A stretch of DNA of 64,000 nt from positions 3,789 to 67,788 of the forward strand of contig JAQUWY010000005.1 of NCBI GenBank assembly GCA_028692655.1. The letters are read 5' to 3'. The position numbers and the translations under genes were made by a program. Below are positions 1-15,000 of the stretch, piece by piece (the first letter of the stretch is position 1; each line of letters starts with the position of its first letter). Below the pieces are notes generated by a model. That model did not search any database, was not told where the DNA came from, and was given only the letters and a program-made list of their open reading frames with translations. This stretch comes from Candidatus Omnitrophota bacterium. Lineage in GTDB: Bacteria; Omnitrophota; Gorgyraeia; Duberdicusellales; 4484-171.

Positions 1-3000
1 TGAATCAGCCTCCAGCGAACAGGTAAGTGCCAGTTAATGAAATCTTCCATTACTTTTAATCCGATATCAAAAGCATCTTTATCACCTTCATAATTTCTTC
101 TATATTTTCTCCTGTATTCATTGATTACTTTTTGCTGTGCTTTTTCATTAGTCAACAAATCTAAACTGTCAACAAAAAGCCCCCTAATATCATCAGCGAT
201 TTCCTCAGATACCGCCATTAAGCTATGGTATTTACTTATTAAAGAATCAAAATCAGCTGTTCTTTCTGTTTTCTTTAATCTCAAGGTAATCAACTCTCTT
301 GATAATTGCCTTAATTTCTTCTTTTTGCTGTTATTAAGCTTAGCCTCTATTTCTTCTAATCTCTGCCTATAAGCGGGTGTTTCTCCCCGTTTTAAGCCAA
401 AAATAAACTTCCTGAAATCATCAAATCGTTCAGCTTCAGCTTCTTCTAATTTGTCCTTAATCAATTCTACCAAGTTTTGAATATGAATCGGATAGCGCTT
501 AGCCACATAATGGAAATTAGTATCTCTGTTGAATTCGCCCTGGTTTTCATCTTTGATCAAGCTAAGTGACTCAGCCATTGTGAAATAATAAGGGTTAATA
601 CCTCCGGCTGAGTGGAATTGAGTTCTGCTTAATTTTCGCTCAAAGCCTTCTAAGGCCGGTTTATTTCTAAAGTAATCTCTCATCCAGTCTAAAATTTCTT
701 TACGTACTCTTTTATCTTTAGGCTTAGGAATTCTTAGAGAGTGACGCTTGTTAATAACCTTTTCAAATTTATTATATTCAGCTACACTCATATATCCTTT
801 TTCAAGGCCCTCGCGCCGTAAATTCTCTAAGAATTCATCTTTATAAGTTATTCCTAAAGGATTTTTTCTCAAGGCATTAGGCTCCTCAGCTTTATCGTCA
901 TATAATATTACCCTTAAAGTTTTAGCTAATTCGCGCCCGCCTGAGCCACTCCATCTAAAAAACCAGCTATTTTTAAATCTTCTTCCGTGTTTTTCCTCTA
1001 ATTGATCTTTTCCCACTTTGTGAGAAATAATGCTGCCTATTATATCTCGGAACGAAAACCAAGTTAAAGGAAGCAATAATAACCAAACTATTCCGCCAAT
1101 AACAGCTGTTCCTAAAGCCATCGGTATACCGAATACTGTTAACTTCAAATAAGCAAGATAGATTATCGTCGCCAATAGAAGGGTGTTATAAAGAACCATG
1201 GCTACGTTTATTGTTCTCCAGGCAGCCTGGCCTCTTCTAGTCTGCAGGTCTCCGATAGTAGCCGGCGCACTTGTCGCACTTGAAGATTCTGAAGAAGCTA
1301 TGCGCTTTTTATCTAAAAACTTGTAAGCAGCAAAGCTTATGGCTACTGCCGCTAAGGCAGCTACCAGGCCATAAGCCAAATAACCAACTACACTAATGAT
1401 AATAAGCGGAGCGATTATAGATAATTTATCTCTTAATATCGGCTGCACTATTAAGCTATTGATAGTATTCCTTAAAAGCCTTATAAATGATTTCCAGCCA
1501 GTTCTCCAAATAACATATTCACCTTCATTTGTTCTTACTTTCCTGTCAGAGACTTCTTTCATGACTTTGGCTATTGCCAGCTTATCATTCTTGCTGCCTT
1601 CCATCTCTCCCCGGACTTCTTTAATCCTCTTTAAAAATGTTTTGATATCTACTGTATCTAAATCAAGAACGGTGCGCTCTTCTTTGGTTTCAGGGCCGGA
1701 AAGAAAGCCTAGTTCCGTAAATGGCTCTTCTACATACCTGAATAAATCATCGATATCTTCCTGCTGAAGCACATCTGATATACTTCTGTTTCCAAATGGC
1801 TTGATATTCTTAGCCCTAAATTCATCGTGTTCATTGGCTTCAAACTGGATAAGAGCCATAATGATAAATGCTAAATCACTTACAAAGCTATCCATTGCTT
1901 TAGCCGCTTCTTCAATCACTTTTCTCTGGTCTTCAGTTTTATCGGCTCTCTTCTTAGCCAGCTCAACCTGATAATGCCAACGTATAAGCTCGGTCATCTT
2001 AAAGGCATAACGTATAACCGGTGAACGGCTCATAAGCATTCCTAGGCCTTTGCTGGCGCTCCAAGTCTGGCCATATATTTTTTCAAATACTAAGTATCTT
2101 AGACCATAACGATATGGATTTTCAAAGCTCTTATCTTTACCAATCCATTCTTCTGAAGCTGCATTATTAATCTCATCTTGCTCAATAATTCTCCAATCAT
2201 CAATACGTACTTCTATAGTCTCATCCTTTTCTTTTCGCTTAATAGTATCTTGATATGGCACGATATGATATGGATGGATAAGAAGCTTGTTAGTGAACAT
2301 ATCAAAGATGTGATGCTTCATCATAATGGTTAAATCCGGCAAGCGGTCTCTTATTGCTTTTATCGAGTCATATTCTTTGATATATCTGTCAATTATCGGC
2401 TCAAATTTCTTCTCAACTATTTTTAAAGGAATCAAGAAATTAAGAGCGTTCATCTGGGCATCCATGTTAGAAGCAAGCAGCTCTTCAACTATTTTCCCAA
2501 GCTCATCTAAAGTAATCCAGCCTTCTTCTAAGGCTCTCATTACTAAGTCATATACTGCCGGCGCATAAGCACCTGAAGACATATGCGGCAATAAAGGTAC
2601 TTTTTTACTATTAACAACAACAGTAGCAACAGCAACAGCATCTTTAAATACCTTTATATCTGTATCTGGTTTTTTTATTAATTTTAACAATAAATTTAAT
2701 CTTGCTTTCCCGTTTTCTACTCTCTTGACTAACCACTCGCCTTTGTCATCTTCCACTGAGCTGCTTTCAAATGTAATTTTATTGGTATTAATACCTGCTT
2801 TATTAACATCATCTATATCCAAAAATCCTTTCTCTCTTCTCAAGGCTTTTATTTTATCTGCCTGGCCGCGGCCTAAGGCATCTACCAGCTCTCTATCAGA
2901 AGCTCTGTTGATATTCAGTTTTCCGGCTGCGCCCCTTATAGCTCCGTCTTTAACTCTTCCAATAGCAAAAGCATGCCTTAACATTCTTACTATTAAAATA

Positions 3001-6000
3001 ACGAAAGAGGCAAGAAAAACAATAATCGGCCAATAAGCCTTGCCTGTAATTTTAATTTCAGTTACTCGTCTCTGCCACCAAGAGCTATTATCTTTTTCAG
3101 AAGTTGTAGAATCTTCGACTAATATTTTATTGCCAAGAGCGATATTTCCATTTTCTGCGATAGCTATGCTTATACCTTGATCATCTCTTAAAATCTCAGG
3201 GCTATAATCAACTCCCGCGGCATCTTCAAAACTCCTTAATGGTATACCGAATACACCATTTCTAATTTTGTCATGATATAGCCACCAGATGAATCCAGGG
3301 GTTTGCTCAGGCTTGGCAATACCTCCAAAATCTTCTTCCTGGCTCCACTCTCTTCTCTGCCATACCAGGTCGCCATATTGATAGATACTAACTGTAATTT
3401 TTTCTTCAGGAAGTAATGCCTGCACTCCGCTATCAACACTAAAATCTACATATCTGGCGAATAAAGCAAAAGTGCTGTCATCGAACTTGATCTTAAAAGT
3501 TTGCATATAAGGCTGTGAATTTTCTGCGTTACCAATAAGGCTTTGAGCTACTTGATATACATCAGATGAAACTTCATCTTTTAAAACCGAATAAGGAAAT
3601 CCTGTAGCATTGATCATAGCCACCTGCCATTTAGGTGTTTGAGCATCACTGTGAAAAACAACATTGGCATAAGGCCTTCCGTCTAAATGAAGGATATAAC
3701 CTCTAGTTCCTTCAAAATGTGTTCTGTGTTCATCAGATTGATAAACCAAATAATTTCCAATAAAGCGCAAGCCATTAGTTTCAGCTGCTACTGTATTGCC
3801 TTCATAGTCCTCAAATTTTTCATTACCAGCTATGTATTCATAAGTCGAACTTCCTTTAGCAATTCCCAAGTGAGTAGTCCCAATTTCCTGACGCGGTAAG
3901 CCAGAACCATTTCCGTTGTCACCGTTTGTCAAATCAAAGAAAGTAATATACTCTGGATCACCTTGGCCGAATCCATCCTCGCCTATACCCTTAAACCTAG
4001 ATTTAGTAACTACTAGATGGCCCAAATTATCATTTGCCTCTTGTCTTGTGAATAAAGAGTAGAAGCGTAATTGATCTGCCTCAATTATATTAGTGGTAGA
4101 AAGTGCTCTGGCCAAAGTTTTAAGTTCATCATATGTATAATCTGCTGATATAAAGTTAGCTGTTCCGTCATCATCTATTCTAAGCAGTATTCCTTCTTTA
4201 GTTGTATGTTTAACAGTTCCTTGATCATCTACTCCGGTGGTCTTAGTAACGCCATACAAGCTTTCATTGTCCTGGCCATCTGCGTCCTGGCCATTTGCAA
4301 TTGTAGTTATAGTTAAATCAGGTATGCCATATGTAGAGTATCCGTCGCCAAAGAACTGATAAGTTTTCATCCCGCCAACAGGAACATTGCCTTTATCATC
4401 TACACCCCACATACCCAATAATCTTCCTTGCTCATTCCTTAGCTCTTGTTTATCTTGGCTGATCACCCTGTATTCACCGGTAACGCCGTCTTTACCTAAA
4501 AACTCATCATGTCTCTGAGAAAGAATTCTCATTTTTCCCTCAGCTATTTCAAGAGTGCTTAACCAAGACCTGCTCATAGCACCGGTATTATCATTTAATA
4601 ATTCAGTTTCAATATCCGAAAACTCAACAATTTCTAATTTTTTGTTATCTTTTTCACTTTCTTTATAATAATTTCCGTTACCATCGGCAAAATATGCCTG
4701 ATCAGCATTGTTTGTAGAAAGAATTCGTAAGTAAACATTTAATTCTTCTATTTCTTCTTTATTTTCTTTATAGTAGATTACATTACCGTCAGCTATATAT
4801 AAATAAAACTTCTGCAAGCGATAAGTGCGAGCTGAAGTAGATATTTCTAAACGGCCAAGCTGAACTTCGCTATGAGACTCAAACGTATTTGCTTCAAATT
4901 CTTCAACTGTCTCTCTGATGAATCCTTTGTTGAATTCATCAAGTATCTTTTCATCTCTTGCCGGCCTTAACCTTTTTATAATACCAAGGAGCTTATCTTT
5001 AGTATCATTTTTAGTCTCGCCTTTATACATATCGTGATGGCCTTTGTAGATCTGCTCTAATATTCCGTAACGGCTTCTTACTTCTCCAAAGAACTTGTTA
5101 TTATATACATCGAAGATCAAGGCTTCCTCGTCAGTTATAAATATACCTACTGATAAGATCTCATTCTTTGGCTTGCCTTCTTCATAAACATGGTCAATAC
5201 TACCGATTTTATTATTATCATCATCATAAATTATAAAACGGATTCTTCCTAAATCCTCATTAATCTGGGCTAATTCTCTTCCGGTAGCCTCATCAAATAC
5301 TGATTTCCAATATTTTATAGCCTCTTCACCTTGCAAAGCGGTGATAGTGTATGTTAAATAAGGTTTTCCTAAATCTTCTGTTAGCTTTCCGTATAACTCT
5401 TTTTCTTGTTTCTCTAACCACTCTTTTAATTTTTCAATTTCTTCTTGATCAGCGTCTGTTCCTTCTACCGCCTTGAATATACGCTTGGCCTCAGTTTCAT
5501 CCCATTCATCTCTTTCATCTTCATCCCATTCAAAAGTCTCTCTAGCCGGAACAGCGCCTGCCTCATTAATCTTATTGATAATACCTTCTTCAATACTGTA
5601 GCGCATAACCCCGTCTGCATTAAAAACTTCATCCCGTACTGTCTTCCCAGTTTGAGGGTCAATGGTCTGATTACGAACTAATTGCTCTGTTGAATTTTCA
5701 AGGTAATTAGCCTCACTAGTCTTTACCCAATAAACAACATTTGCTGTACTTAAATCAGAAGTAACATTTACTTGTTTTCTATCTCTATCCCGCAAAGTAA
5801 TTGCCCTAGTTTTTGTATCTAGCTCATAGTAAAAGATTGCTTCAGGATTTTTTAGTGTTTCTTCACCAACCTTAACTTCAAAATCTTCATCTGAAAGCTT
5901 CTTAATAACAGCGAGCCCGTCGAACCCTGTACTCCTATCAGCCAATAATCTACCTGAAATCATAGAATTTTTGATATGAAGCTCACTGGAAACTAATTCA

Positions 6001-9000
6001 TCTTCAACTTTTACCTCAAACCAAATCATGGTCTGGGTTCTGCCTTTGACGATTAGAGTAGTATCAGAAGGAATTAGATTGCTGGTGTCTCCGCTTAAGA
6101 TAGCTTGAGCTATAGCAACGAAGTTATTGTCATCAATGGCAACAGTTTTAATCTCTGTGTCGAATTCAGCTATGTTAAGTTTCCAGAGGTCGCTGAAAGC
6201 TACTTTATCATCGGCTACATATAGGATCTCTGGTTTGGCGCCTTTCTTAAATACGTGGATTTCGCTGGATTGTGAATCACCGCTTACGGTGTTATTGGCT
6301 TGATTGTATTGAGCGGCGTCAAACACTTCAAACCATACTGCTTTACTATCACCGGCAACATGGGTACCTCTAACTTTTAGAACCGCGGTTAGTGATTTGC
6401 TGGTATCAGCTTTTAGAGTTGTTGGGTTGATAGAGTAGATAGCAATGATATCACCTACGTTAGCATCGAAAATACCTGCTATCGGTAAGCTGTTATCAGT
6501 TACATATTCGATATCTCTTGAACCTTTAGTATGTATTTCACTTGACGCTAGAACACCGTTGATCTTTACGTCAAACCAGATCTTGGTTTGGGTTCTGCCT
6601 CTGACGGCTATGGTGGTGTTTGAAGCGGTTAAAGTATTTGCTTTACCGCTTAAGATAGCTTGAGCTATAGCAACAAAGTTAGCATTAGTAACTTGGGCGG
6701 TTGCTATTTCAGTGTTGAATTTATCTGGGTTAAGTTTCCAGAGGTCGCTGAAAGCTACTTTATCATCGGCTACATATAGGATCTCTGGTTTGGCGCCTTT
6801 CTTAAATACGTGGATTTCGCTGGATTGTGAATCACCGCTTACGGTGTTATTGGCTTGATTGTATTGAGCGGCGTCAAACACTTCAAACCATACTGCTTTA
6901 CTATCACCGGCAACATGGGTACCTCTAACTTTTAGAACCGCGGTAGAAGACCCGACAGTTTCTCTGCCGCGTACTTTTAATACTACTTTTCTTGCTTCAG
7001 CCTTATCCGGTAATAATGTGTGTGGATCGTTGGGATATATGGAAATAATCTCTTTGTTTGTATCCAGCAACTCTGAACCATAAAGATAAATTTTGCCATC
7101 TTCATCCTGATAACCATAATCGGTTATTGCTCCGTCGCTTCTGCGTAATACGTTTAGCTCGTCTCCGTTTACTAAAATAACTACCCGGCTCTTATCGGCA
7201 GCAACCACTTCTGTTTCAAGCGTTCCTTTTTCTTTTAAGGTTAACTCATCTAATATTGCTGATATTAAAGGTTTATCAATTTCGGATTTTTCTAAGTTCG
7301 ATTTCCACAATAACCATTTTCCTTCAACTCTTCCAACCGGATAAGCACCTTCTCCGTCAATAATCAACACATAATTATTATCTTCTGTAGCGAGTATTGC
7401 CCTGCCACTGTGCTTTTCAATAACCCTTGCCGGCTTACGGCCGTCTTTTTCAACCAACCTGCCGCCTTCTAGGGCATGTTCAACAGCAAATACATCTTCC
7501 CCTTCCTCAAAATCATCAAACTCCGGATAAAGCCAGATTTTTCCTTCTTTATCCACGTATCCATATTCAAGAGTTAAACCTTTAATCCCTTCAGCCCTGT
7601 CTCCAGAAATTACTTCTACTTCTCCGAAAACTTCTTTATCGCCCAAGGTAGCGCTGTTTACTGTTATAAGTACAACATTATCATTCAATAGTTTTTCTTT
7701 TCTCTGGTAATAATTAGTAGCTGTGCCTCTCTCAGCTAAATTTCCTTCCGAAGCAGCTGCTTCAAAGACAGCCTTAGTATAGCGCCTTACTTGATACCAA
7801 CCTGCCCAGGGACCTGTTTCAATTTTCTCAGTAGGCGCTAATATCGCCTGCATCTCTCCTTCGACATCTCTTTCCACATATCCAAAAGTTACATTTTCTT
7901 CAACAACCCAAAACTCAACATGGGGATGCGGCCTATTAGTTATTCTTTTAACTGCTACGGCATCATCCTGGTAAATAAATACATAATTCCCTATGCGAAC
8001 GGCCGAAGTTTCAATCAAGCCTCTCGCGTGGCTTTCTACCAGCCAATCTATGGTTTCGAACTTATTGTTGCCAAGGTGGTACCTGTCATCATCGCCCTGC
8101 ACAAAGTTTACTCTTTCTTCTATCTCAAGTAACAGAGGGCTTTCGAGGTCAAGCTTGGTAGGATTCATTATCTGCAGTTGATAAACTTTCCTGCCTTTTT
8201 CATTGATATCTCCCAACACTACGTAAGGCTTTCCGTCACTCCGTGTTCTCTGATCTTCAATCCAAAATCCCGCGTACCTGCCGTGAGAAAAATCGCGTTC
8301 TTGTAAAGCTTTAAGCGCGCCTTCTTCACTGTCAAACTCATAGACTTTACCCCCATCTAACCAGGAAGTGACTCTGTATTTACCATTTTTGTTATTAAGA
8401 TATATTTCACTTTCCGGAACACCGGATAAGCCTTTTACCCGGCCGCTATTAATTCTGTATTTTTCTATTTTTGTAGCACCGTCTTTGCTGATAAAAACAT
8501 ACCTATATTCCCCTTTGCTATCTTCAACAACACTGCTGCGCCATCCGGAATCCGTACCGCCTTCAAAATCAAGTTTGCCTAACCTCTCCTGAAATTCCTG
8601 CCAGCTCATCCGACGGACTATTCCGGAAACGCTGATTTTAACTTCGACTGGTTTAAAATAGCTATATGTCCTGCCAGACCGCCAGTAAACAGTCTTGGGG
8701 CCAAAAGCATAATCAAAATTAAGCCTCGCTACTAAAGCCCCATCTCCGTTAAAACTTTTATATTTATTTGACCTAACCTCAAAGATGCCCTTACCTTGGC
8801 TTCTTAAAATACGCATTGTATAAATCTGTCCGTAGATTTCTTGTTCGTAAGAGTAATCATATATTCCCGCTTGGGATTCAACCTTTCTTGCTTCCTTTCC
8901 TAAAACATCATCTATCTTGCGGTTAACCCGTGGGGTGTATCCGCAATAACACCAATTTGCCCAGTAATCAGAAATAATCCCTCCGTTGGATGCTATAACC

Positions 9001-12000
9001 TGAAATTTATACCTTTTGCCTTTTATAACCAGCCATACGCTGTCATCAGGCAACTGTTGGAAATTACCCTCAGCCAGGATAATTCCTCCCTTTTTATATT
9101 TATGGTAATTAAGCACTGCTTGGCGGCCATTTTGGGGCATACTGCTGTTATAAACAATCACAGCGCCTGAATAAGACAATTTTTCTACTTCTCTCCAATC
9201 ATCTACCCGGTTAATCGTGGTGAAAATCCGGGAAATTTTCTCATTTCCGCGAACTATTGCTCCAATAACATCATTCCAGTCAGGAATTCGCTTCATCGAG
9301 CTAAACTCCTCTTTCTTAACCTCGGTTTCGTCCCGATCCTCAATTTTTGTTTTATCCTTAATCTCTTCCTGAGCCCCAACCTTCTGTTTGTGGTCATCAG
9401 CACTAGCCCCTTTATTTTCAAGCGCCTCCGGCAAATTTTGGCGGTTGGCATTCGGTAAATTTTCAGCTTTCTTCTCTGCGTTTTCTCTTCTTTCCACCGG
9501 GCTCAATCTTGCCGCCCTATCAACAAAATCTCTAAATACTCCCAAGGCTTGTTTTGGAATTATTCTAATAACTTCATCCTCATAAATAGCTGGTACGCCG
9601 GGATTTTCCCCCTTCTTAACACGCCGATTCATTCCATAATCATTTTCATCCATATTGTCGGAAATCCAGGGTTTAAAAGGATTTGAGGTTAAATCGTATA
9701 TCTCATAACTCGCGATTTGTGTTGGTTTGCTATTGTTATCGATAAAACTGAATACGAATACAGCCTCGATCAAAGGATGCCTTCTCTGCCATAAACTATT
9801 TAAAATCTGTTTTAAGGTCGCGGCCTGCAGGTCTTCTCTTTGTTTGCCTTTAACTAAACTATCTACACCGATTTCACCGATTATCAGCCTACTTAGTCCG
9901 AATTCCTTAAGGCGCTCTATATCTTTAAAGAGCGACTGGTCAGCAACCTGCTTTAAGCCATAATAGTTTACTGCTATATTATGTATACCGTTTTCGGCCA
10001 TAACTCTCATCTGCTCATCAGTAGGCAATCCGGCAAACCCTACGAACACTCCTTTAAATTCTTTTCCTTGTTTTGCCAATACCTCTTTGAGCCTTTTAGA
10101 AACAACTCCTAATTGAGTTAAAGTATCTTGAGTAACTGCCGAATACAGTTTTAATAAGGCTTGGTCTTCAACAGTTAAGCTTTGAGGGTCATTCTTTTGT
10201 TTTTCTACCAGCATGCGGACGCGTTCAAGCGTTTCTATGCCGTACATCTCAGCAATTATTGCCCGGGAGTTGTTGTAAGCCTCTACTTCTTCTTGAGATA
10301 ACGGCTGATTCTTGGTTTTCTTCTCAATCGCGGTTTTAACTATCTCTCTTGTGGTTTCATCTGGAATATACCTTAAATCATTTTCATCTAAATCCCTGCT
10401 ATAAACACCTTCCTGGAACCAGGAAGCCCTGCTTATAATCTTAGCTGTCTGTTCATCTTTGCTTAAAGCCGATCTGGAATTTTTAGATAAAAATTCCAAT
10501 ATATTCTTTTTTTCGATTATTCCATAATCATTCAAAAGCGTTATGTATATTTTTTCTGTAATTTCCGGCGGTAACTGCGCCGCTATTTCGCTTATGTATT
10601 TTATAAATTCTTCGTTCCCGTCTCTAAATAAACCTATGTCGATGCCTATCCTCTTACGGTCAAAAGTATTACCTATAATAAAGTTAGGAATTACATTCCG
10701 GTGGACCAATTCTTTTATGGCTTGAGCGCTTTTCTCCACATTTATATTCCCCTGGCCGTCACTTACAATCGGAAATCCATCATAGAAGCTGGCTCCCACC
10801 CAATAACTGGAATCGCCTCTGGCGCTGTCTATCAACTTAAATGCTGCTTTCTTGCTTTGTTCATTTTCCCAGCTAACAGGCATATCAACGGAAGCACCAA
10901 AAAGGATTGAATCCCTTCTGGGCATAACCGTATTTGCGCTAAAGCTCTCTAACGCCGGCACAGGGCCTATATTATTATGGGATGTAACACCATCCTGAGC
11001 GTCATCATCCTGGCCGGCAAAAGGCATCTGGCCGGTTATACCCATATAAGTAACGCCTGTTATCACAGAACCGGCAAATACGGCTAAGCCTAAGCCTAAA
11101 GCAATCTTCTTCCAATTGACAGGCTTAGCTTTTGACACTCGCTTTTCATCCTTATTCTTAACCCGGTTAAAAACACTTAGCTCTATCTCATCTAACTTAT
11201 CAAGGGCTGACAATGCAATGGCTTTGTATTTATTAATTTTATCGGTAGCCTTCTCGCCATTTCTTTTCTGATATTTAAACCAGGCCAATCTCAATTTTGC
11301 CCCAGCATAACTGGAAACTGCCGACTCATACCCGTTTAACGCTTCGCGCACCTTAGCTTCATCAATGTCTCTGCCGCTTAAGGCTGTATTTATCAGGTAT
11401 TTGTATATATCTATGTTGCTATTTTCAATAGCTTCTTCTATTCTTTTTTCTAATTGGTTATCTTCCTCTCCCAGAAGCCTCCTTAAGGCTTCTTTAACCT
11501 GCCCTCTGACTTGGCAGGAAGATATTCCTTGATTTTTCACTGCCTCTGCTACCTGGGTAACCACAAAATCTTCCAATCCGCCGATTAAATTATCCGCGGC
11601 CTTATCAATACCCACTGCGGTTCCAATAACTTTAAGATACCGTTTCAGGGCGATTCCAAAAGCCTCTTCAATTTTTTCCCATAAAACAGCTTTGTCATTA
11701 CCCTCCAGCCAATCTGAATACCCTGACTCGATAAATTTCTGATTGTCTGTTAGAATTTCTATAGTTTCTTCTTCGGTTTCTTTTGACTCAACAACTGAAA
11801 CCGGTTCAACGCCATCAGGTTTGCTATCCACGGGTTTTTCTACTTCTGTTTTTCTTCCTGCATCCGGCTCACCTTGCGGGACAACTTCAACAGGCTCTTT
11901 CTCTCTCCGGTCAAAAACACTTATCCATAACAATAAAGCAATTACCGGAGCGGCAAAAGTAAATAAAACCAGGTATCCTGCAGGTATAGAAAATATGAAG

Positions 12001-15000
12001 TAGCCTAATGCCCAAGCCAAGCCTAAAAATCCTGCGCCAGCATAAACAGATTTAGGTATATGTATATATGTCCACTCTTCTTTGGGTTCAACATTTTCTT
12101 CAGTGCTAAGCGCCTCGGCCATTGAGGCTTTAGTCTTTTCATCTTGAGTCGACGGTTTAGCATCGGCAGACGGCTCTTCCTCAGCAGCCAGCGGTGCCTG
12201 AACAGAAGGCTCAACAGATGGTTCTTCTTTACCCTTCCCTTCCGGTTTCCCAACTTCTTCTCTGTCTTTTTCCTCATCCATCGTCCCTCGTCTTTCGTCC
12301 TTCGGCCTTGCTGTTTCTGTCTTCTCTTGTCCCTTTGTGCCAACGGGTTGAGAAGTTTGTTTTTTCATCTGCTCAACATATTCTCTAGTTCCAACAGTAT
12401 TGCGTATTTTCCTTTTAATTAACCCATATCCAAGAAAACTTAGGAGCAAAATCAAAATGGCATAAAAAGCGTTGTCGGAAATTTTCCATTCATTTCCATC
12501 TTCCAATGCGGATTTGGAATCTGGAGTACCTTCTGGAGCTGTTTTCGATTCCTCAGTCAAAGGCCCTGCAACCGGCACCTCTTTGATGGGTTTCTCTTTG
12601 GTAGATGGCTCTTTCTCAGCAACCGGAGCTTGCTTGGCTGGTTTCTCTTCAGCTGGCGCTTTCTCCATGGTAGGCTTCTCCTCAACAGGAGGAATTACTG
12701 CGGGTTTCTCTTTAGCAGGCGGCGTGGGTTTCTTAACTTCAGGTTTAGACTCAATCTTTTCCAGCCCCTCCGGTCGTTTTTCTTCCTCTGGGGTTATTTC
12801 TGGCTCAACTGGCTCTGGCACTGGTATCACTTCTGGTGTTGGTTCTGCCTTAATTATTTCTGCGGCGGCCTTTTCTTGAGAAACTTCTACTAATACTGTT
12901 TGTTGGCGCCAGCGGTATCCTCCAAATATCAATCTGCGTATCGGCCCGCGGCGGCGCTCACAAACCCACCTATTTTCATATCTATATGACTGAGTATCTA
13001 CCTGCTGGCTTTGAGTGTGTTTGATTGGATCGAAAGTTTGATCAGCATAGCCATTAGAGTATGCTATTGGTTGAGCATAGGCCTGATACACCTGACAGCA
13101 ACAAGTCCTCCGCGGCCCAAAGCGCCTGAATAACCCGCGAGCTTCGGCATTTGTCGGTGCTATTACAGTCAAGCTTGTAATAAAAATCCCTAAACCTACT
13201 ATAATTTTACGTAACCACGATGCCTGTCGCAATCTCTGCAGAAGTCTTGTTCTTGCGGTTTGTGATTTTAGGACCTCAACTTTATTATCAGTTGCAAAAG
13301 AGGCCCCCTTGGGGGTTGGGGAGGCATGGGAGCCTCTCGCAACTTCATTATTATTAATTTTTATAGGATTTTGCTCATGAGTTTTGTCAGGATTAAGCAC
13401 CGCCCAGATTTCGTGGGCAAGGTCGCGGAAAGATACTTTGCTTTGAGAAAGGATTATGTGATTGGTTTTATTTCTATAGTAATTTGCAATTCCTAAATTC
13501 CAGGCCGGAGGCGCTCGAATTACTTTGATGTTTCCCAAAATTAAACTTATGAATAATCTTAAGGAATCTGCTACCCCCAAATATCTCAACGCCGGTAAAG
13601 CCATTACTATTGATGAAAGCTTTCTTTCTCTTGGAAAATTTTCTAAACCTATAGTTTGAACCTTTCTATTTATTTCTTCTCTAGAAGTCCCTTGGCTTGA
13701 AGCATCAAGCGGAAAAGATTCCGCTATTAAAAGCTCTGCCGCTTGCTTAAATTCTTTCACAAAAAATTCAATGTCTCTGCGAAAAGAACCGTTAGCTGCT
13801 GCAGGCACACTGGACAACATATTCTCAAAAATATCCCAATTGACAACTGTTCCTGATTCCTTAAGCAGGCCAATGTATGGCTTAAAAAGAAAACCCACTA
13901 ATTCAGAAATACTAGTTTCTCTATGGCTTGAGCCGTCATCTACTAAAACGAATTGGCCGGAATTTTCTTCTATCCTTAAATTACCGGCATTATAATCCGT
14001 TGGGGATTTACCTTCTAACAAAACATAGATAAGCCCTGCTGTAAAAAGAGCTTTTTGAGCATATTCCCTTTTCTTTTCCTTGTTTGTTTCAACCAAAATT
14101 AATAAATCAAAATCCTCTCCTTCTATATATTCCTCTGACATCATATGAATAATTATTTTCTCTTCCTCAAAAAGGCCAAGCGGTACCGTTACTTTAAGCA
14201 ATGAACCAACCCTTGGAACTGCTCGAACACTATCAGGAACACCGAACTCGCTTTTTCTTTGGTGAATCCTACTCATTCCTTCAAATTCCGGCCCTAATGT
14301 ATCTGTTAAGATCTTAGGAACTTTTAGTATAAATTCATAAGCTTTCCCGTGCACACCAGTTTTTTCCGAAAACATTGCCACTCTTACGCCATACACAAGC
14401 CGGGTTGTACCGTTAAACCCGCCTTCTACATTAAACAACGTTATTCTTTCAACATTCTCTATATTTATAACATCACCATGAATATCCCGGATGGAGTCTT
14501 CAATAAAATCGCCAATAGAATTCAAGTTAGAAGGCATCCTTAACCAATTTGCGATAAACTTAACTCTGCTGATATAGTGGTCACTAAGCAACTCTTGGAT
14601 AAATGCTTTTACTACAGGGTTGCTTCTCTGTCTAAGCTCTACCTGTAGAGCATCCACTTGCTCATGGTTTAAGCCGCCTAAAGCAGCAATAATTTCATGC
14701 TCTATCTCATCAAAGGAAGCTCTTTCCCGCAGATATACTATATTAAGAAGGTTGAATGAAGGTTCATCAAACCCTGGCGGCCCGCGACGAATAATGATAT
14801 CATCTAAAAGCTTAGCTTTATCTAAAGAAAGATTTTCCTGCAAGAATATAATTTTGTTTTGTACATTCCTAGAGAACTCATCGTCTATCGCATCATAAGG
14901 CTGCCAGCCTCCTAATCTTTGGCCAAGTGAAAGCCTGGCTTGTATAATTGTTAAATCTGCGTTATCAGAAGCATGATCATGCGGAAAAGATTTAATTCCT

